The notes under the pieces were generated by a model. It did no database searches. It had not been told where the DNA came from and saw only the letters and a list, made by a program, of their open reading frames with translations. A program made the position numbers and the translations under genes. Shown piece by piece: positions 16,446 to 18,640 of a stretch of DNA of 18,640 nt (positions are counted from its first letter, which is position 1; each line of letters opens with the position of its first letter). This stretch comes from an uncultured Gammaproteobacteria bacterium (lineage in GTDB: Bacteria > Patescibacteriota > Microgenomatia > Daviesbacterales > UBA10151): positions 1 to 18,640 of the forward strand of contig CAZFVS010000007.1 in assembly GCA_964522265.1 (NCBI GenBank), given 5' to 3'.

Positions 16446-17084
16446 ATGCCGGCGGTAACAACTGAAGGGCTTATTTTAAAAAGGAGAAATTTTGGGGAGG
16501 CGGATAGGGTCTTAACTGTTTTGACTGACCGCTACGGCAAAATTTCCGTTATTGCAAAAGGGGTTAGGAAAATTACCTCCAGACGGGCTGGAAATATTGA
16601 GCTTTTAAACAGAGTTAAACTGCATCTTTTTAAAGCGAAAAATTATAATTTAAGCGAAGCAGAGAGTTTAGAAACATTTAATAAATTAAAAGAAAACCTA
16701 ACTTTATCAACTACAGCTTTTCATATCATAGAACTTATTGACAGATTAACTCCTGAAGGGCAGAAAAACCCCCAACTTTATAATTTATTGGTTGCTGTAT
16801 TACAGGTCATTGAGAACAATCCAAGGCAGATATATGTGAGGGCGTTTGAGGTGAAACTTTTGGCAATGCTTGGTTTTTGGTCTGTAGATGCGGTAAAAGA
16901 TATCAGTGGTGAATTAAAAGAATTATTGGAACAATTGGAATATGATTCATGGGAACAAACAGGGCAGATAAAGATAACCCAAGATCAGGCCCTGGCGCTT
17001 GAGAAGCTGATGAGGTATTATATTGAAAAGGTGTTGGAATCACCCCTAAAGAGTGTCAAAGTGATGAAAAGGCTTAATGGGTAA
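16446..17084 (+). CDS. recO: DNA repair protein RecO
   Basis: N-terminal OB-fold signature TTEGLILKRRNFGEADRVLTVLTDRYGKISVIAKGVRK and a helical C-terminal domain. The ORF opens at the TTG at 16440; the ATG at 16446 is preferred. Confidence 0.85.
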   Translation: MPAVTTEGLILKRRNFGEADRVLTVLTDRYGKISVIAKGVRKITSRRAGNIELLNRVKLHLFKAKNYNLSEAESLETFNKLKENLTLSTTAFHIIELIDRLTPEGQKNPQLYNLLVAVLQVIENNPRQIYVRAFEVKLLAMLGFWSVDAVKDISGELKELLEQLEYDSWEQTGQIKITQDQALALEKLMRYYIEKVLESPLKSVKVMKRLNG

Positions 17085-17115
17085 CAGGCAAGACCTGTCT
17101 GCCGACAGGCAAGAC
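17084..17115 (+). repeat. direct-repeat/hairpin element between recO and glyQS
   Basis: ACAGGCAAGAC occurs at 17084..17094 and 17105..17115. The central GTCTGCC (17097..17103) is complementary, with one bulge, to GGCAAGAC in either copy. The downstream pairing gives a 7-bp stem with a GACA loop. Confidence 0.8.
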
Positions 17116-17118
17116 TTA

Positions 17119-18483
17119 ATGGAGAAGATTGTGGCGCTTTGCAAAAGGCGGGGGTTTATATACCCCGGATCGGAGATCTATGGTGGATTGGGCGGGACTT
17201 GGGATTATGGACCAATGGGAGTGGAACTGAAGAGGAATCTGAAAGACCTCTGGTGGAAGGATATGGTGCAGCTTCGTAATGATATTGTAGGTTTGGATGC
17301 AGCAATCATGATGAATTCAAAGGCTTGGGAAGCTTCGGGGCATGTGGAGGCTTTTACAGATCCTTTAGTTGAATGTCGTTATTGCAACAAGAGATTCAGA
17401 GCTGATCATGTTGAAGATGTTTGGAAAAAACTCCAAGATCATGCTTCAAATGGACCGAAGGTTAATATGCAATCGCTATCAAAAAAAGAGAAAGAAATGA
17501 TAATATGTGAAAAAAGCGAAAATCACGAGCACCAGTTTACCGACCCCAAGAACTTCAATCTTTTAGTGGAAGCTTTTCTTGGAGTTACTGAGCCCAAGCA
17601 AAAAGTTTACTTAAGGGGAGAGATCACAAATGGGGTGCAGGTTAACTTTAAAAATGTTTTGGATTCTACCAGGGTAAAAATCCCTTTTGGTATTGCCCAG
17701 ATAGGGAAGGCTTTCCGCAATGAGATTACTCCAGGGAATTTTACTTTTAGGTCACGCGAGTTTGAACAGATGGAAGTTCAGTTTTACATAAAACCGGATA
17801 AAAAAGAAGGAGAAAAATGGTTTGAGTATTGGAAAAAAAACCGTATGGATTGGTACCTGTCGCTTGGGATTAAAAAAGAAAACCTGCGTTTCAGGGACCA
17901 TGAGGAGAAAGAAAAAGCCCATTATGCAAGACTGGCTACTGATATTGAATACAATGCCCCATGGGGATGGCAGGAATTTATGGGTATTCACCACCGGGGA
18001 GATTGGGATTTAAAAAGACATAAAGAGTACTCAGGCCAGGATTTAACCTACAGGGATTCTGAAACCGGGGAAGAATATATCCCTTGGGATATTGAAACTT
18101 CAGCTGGGGTAGACAGGTCGCTTTTGTTTTTGCTGGTTGATGCATATGCTGAGGAAGAGGGTCGGACTCTTTTAAAGCTGCACCCTAAAATTGCCCCATA
18201 CAAGGCAGCAGTTTTCTCGCTTCTTGGGAATAAACCCGAGCTGATTAAAATTGCCAGAGGAATTTATGATGAATTAAAAAAACATATGATGGTTTCGTGG
18301 GACGATCGGGGTAATATCGGAAAAAGGTATGCCGCCCAGGATGAGATAGGAACTCCCTATTGCATAACTGTAGATTTTGATACACTTAAAGATGAAAGTG
18401 TTACTGTCAGAGATAGGGATAGTGCAAAGCAAGTGAGGGTGAAGATAGGAGAGCTGAAGAGTTATCTGCTTGCAAAAATTTAA
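17119..18483 (+). CDS. glyQS: glycine--tRNA ligase (class II, dimeric GlyQS type)
   Basis: MEKIVALCKRRGFIYPGSEIYGGLGGTWDYGPMGVELKRNL, motif 2 FRNEITPGNFTFRSREFEQME, motif 3 region SAGVDRSLLFLL, and an anticodon-binding C-terminus. The ORF opens at 17077, but homology-style sequence begins at the ATG at 17119. Confidence 0.93.
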   Translation: MEKIVALCKRRGFIYPGSEIYGGLGGTWDYGPMGVELKRNLKDLWWKDMVQLRNDIVGLDAAIMMNSKAWEASGHVEAFTDPLVECRYCNKRFRADHVEDVWKKLQDHASNGPKVNMQSLSKKEKEMIICEKSENHEHQFTDPKNFNLLVEAFLGVTEPKQKVYLRGEITNGVQVNFKNVLDSTRVKIPFGIAQIGKAFRNEITPGNFTFRSREFEQMEVQFYIKPDKKEGEKWFEYWKKNRMDWYLSLGIKKENLRFRDHEEKEKAHYARLATDIEYNAPWGWQEFMGIHHRGDWDLKRHKEYSGQDLTYRDSETGEEYIPWDIETSAGVDRSLLFLLVDAYAEEEGRTLLKLHPKIAPYKAAVFSLLGNKPELIKIARGIYDELKKHMMVSWDDRGNIGKRYAAQDEIGTPYCITVDFDTLKDESVTVRDRDSAKQVRVKIGELKSYLLAKI

Positions 18484-18543
18484 TTATTGTTCGAACGGAG
18501 TGAGAACTATTGTAGTTTGGACTTCTCGCTGCGCTCGAAGAAT
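18476..18543 (+). repeat. post-stop intergenic repeat, copy B (28-nt core 18483..18510 plus short GC-rich tail)
   Basis: The core ATTATTGTTCGAACGGAGTGAGAACTAT matches 8941..8968 at 26 of 28 positions. The tail TTCTCGctgcgctCGAAGAA can form a 6-bp bulged hairpin. It ends GAAGAATA, as copy A does. Confidence 0.85.
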
Positions 18544-18640
18544 ATGTTAACCAGAATAAAAACTTTTTTTCAAAACCGGACTAATTTGATATTGGTTTTT
18601 GTGCTTGTCTTAATTAAGACAAGCACAAAAACCAATATCA
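18544..18640 (+). CDS. possible 3'-truncated CDS start (N-terminal membrane anchor)
   Basis: ATG at 18544 gives MLTRIKTFFQNRTNLILVFVLVLI..., open to the window end. The last 27 nt are the fold-back arm of a palindrome, so the translation after residue 23 (codon 24 spans the 18613/18614 symmetry centre) is unreliable. Confidence 0.25.
   Translation, partial: MLTRIKTFFQNRTNLILVFVLVLIKTSTKTNI
18587..18640. repeat. perfect 54-nt zero-loop palindrome ending at the window edge
   Basis: The reverse complement of 18587..18613 (tgatattggtttttgtgcttgtcttaa) equals 18614..18640 (ttaagacaagcacaaaaaccaatatca) exactly. The symmetry centre is the TTAATTAA at 18610..18617. Confidence 0.95.

Noticed and set aside
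16446-17084. RecO has no cysteines at all, so it lacks the Cys4 zinc finger.
   Set aside because: Zinc-finger-less RecO proteins are known, for example the E. coli type. This is family variation rather than an anomaly.
17085-17118. A T-box or other riboswitch leader upstream of glyQS.
   Set aside because: Only 34 nt separate recO from the glyQS start. That is far too short for a T-box leader, and no specifier-loop or T-box consensus is present.
17380-17560. The GlyRS insertion region (CRYCNKRFRADH...ICEKSENHEHQFTDPKNFNLL) lacks the second Cys pair seen in some GlyQS enzymes.
   Set aside because: This insertion domain is highly variable among dimeric GlyRS enzymes. Without an alignment I cannot claim anything unusual.
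17833-17840. Long A/T homopolymers, such as A8 at 17833..17840 in glyQS and the T run near 107..114, as possible slippage tracts.
   Set aside because: A/T runs are expected at this base composition. They occur in housekeeping genes as well, so they carry no specific signal, unlike the G runs.
1111-18013. Twenty-three shorter ORFs from the six-frame track, nested in or antisense to the large genes. Examples: 1111..1341-, 1323..1586-, 1461..1694+, 1715..1948-, 2915..3349-, 3617..3916-, 4354..4599-, 6635..6922-, 7977..8231+, 9560..9793-, 12809..13036+, 15281..15562-, 17752..17994-, 17822..18013+.
   Set aside because: Each lies entirely within, or largely overlaps, a longer ORF with clear family-level motifs. 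Their translations are low-complexity or hydrophobic mirror images with no recognisable domains. The real genes are tightly packed and leave no space for them.
8941-18510. The possibility that the repeated 28-mer represents a CRISPR array or the terminal inverted repeats of a mobile element bracketing 9048..18483.
   Set aside because: There are only two clear copies, 9.5 kb apart, with no regular spacing, so this is not CRISPR. The copies are direct rather than inverted. The intervening DNA contains no transposase, integrase or recombinase, and it runs from glycan genes into recO and glyQS housekeeping genes.

Overview
AT-rich (about 35-40% GC by eye), gene-dense bacterial window using the standard genetic code: TGA acts as the stop in several ATGA start/stop overlaps. 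Positions 3-16412 form one almost entirely + strand cell-envelope glycan locus. It contains a 5'-truncated GT-C (ArnT/PMT-like) membrane glycosyltransferase, a Dpm1/GtrB-like polyprenyl-phosphate-sugar synthase, four GT4 and three further GT2 glycosyltransferases, and a hexapeptide acetyltransferase. It also holds an unknown bitopic membrane protein, a Wzy_C (O-antigen ligase/polymerase-like) protein, a second full-length GT-C enzyme, a small phosphoglycosyl transferase and a large DUF4012 protein. One unrecognisable minus-strand ORF interrupts the locus. Housekeeping recO and glyQS follow, then a possible gene start that runs into a perfect terminal palindrome. I saw no rRNA, tRNA, CRISPR array, transposase or integrase. 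Gene content fits a small-genome monoderm such as a Patescibacteria/CPR (Microgenomates-like) organism, but that is inference. Points worth a second look: (1) every G run of 6 or more lies in a cytoplasmic GT gene; (2) one GT4 gene carries two heptanucleotide tandem repeats and a hairpin-type mini-insert, all in frame; (3) a conserved 28-nt motif follows the stop codons of two transcription-unit-terminal genes; (4) a repeat/hairpin element sits between recO and glyQS; (5) the Wzy_C protein has Asp where the family normally has a conserved His; (6) a 54-nt zero-loop palindrome ends exactly at the window edge and is probably an assembly artefact.
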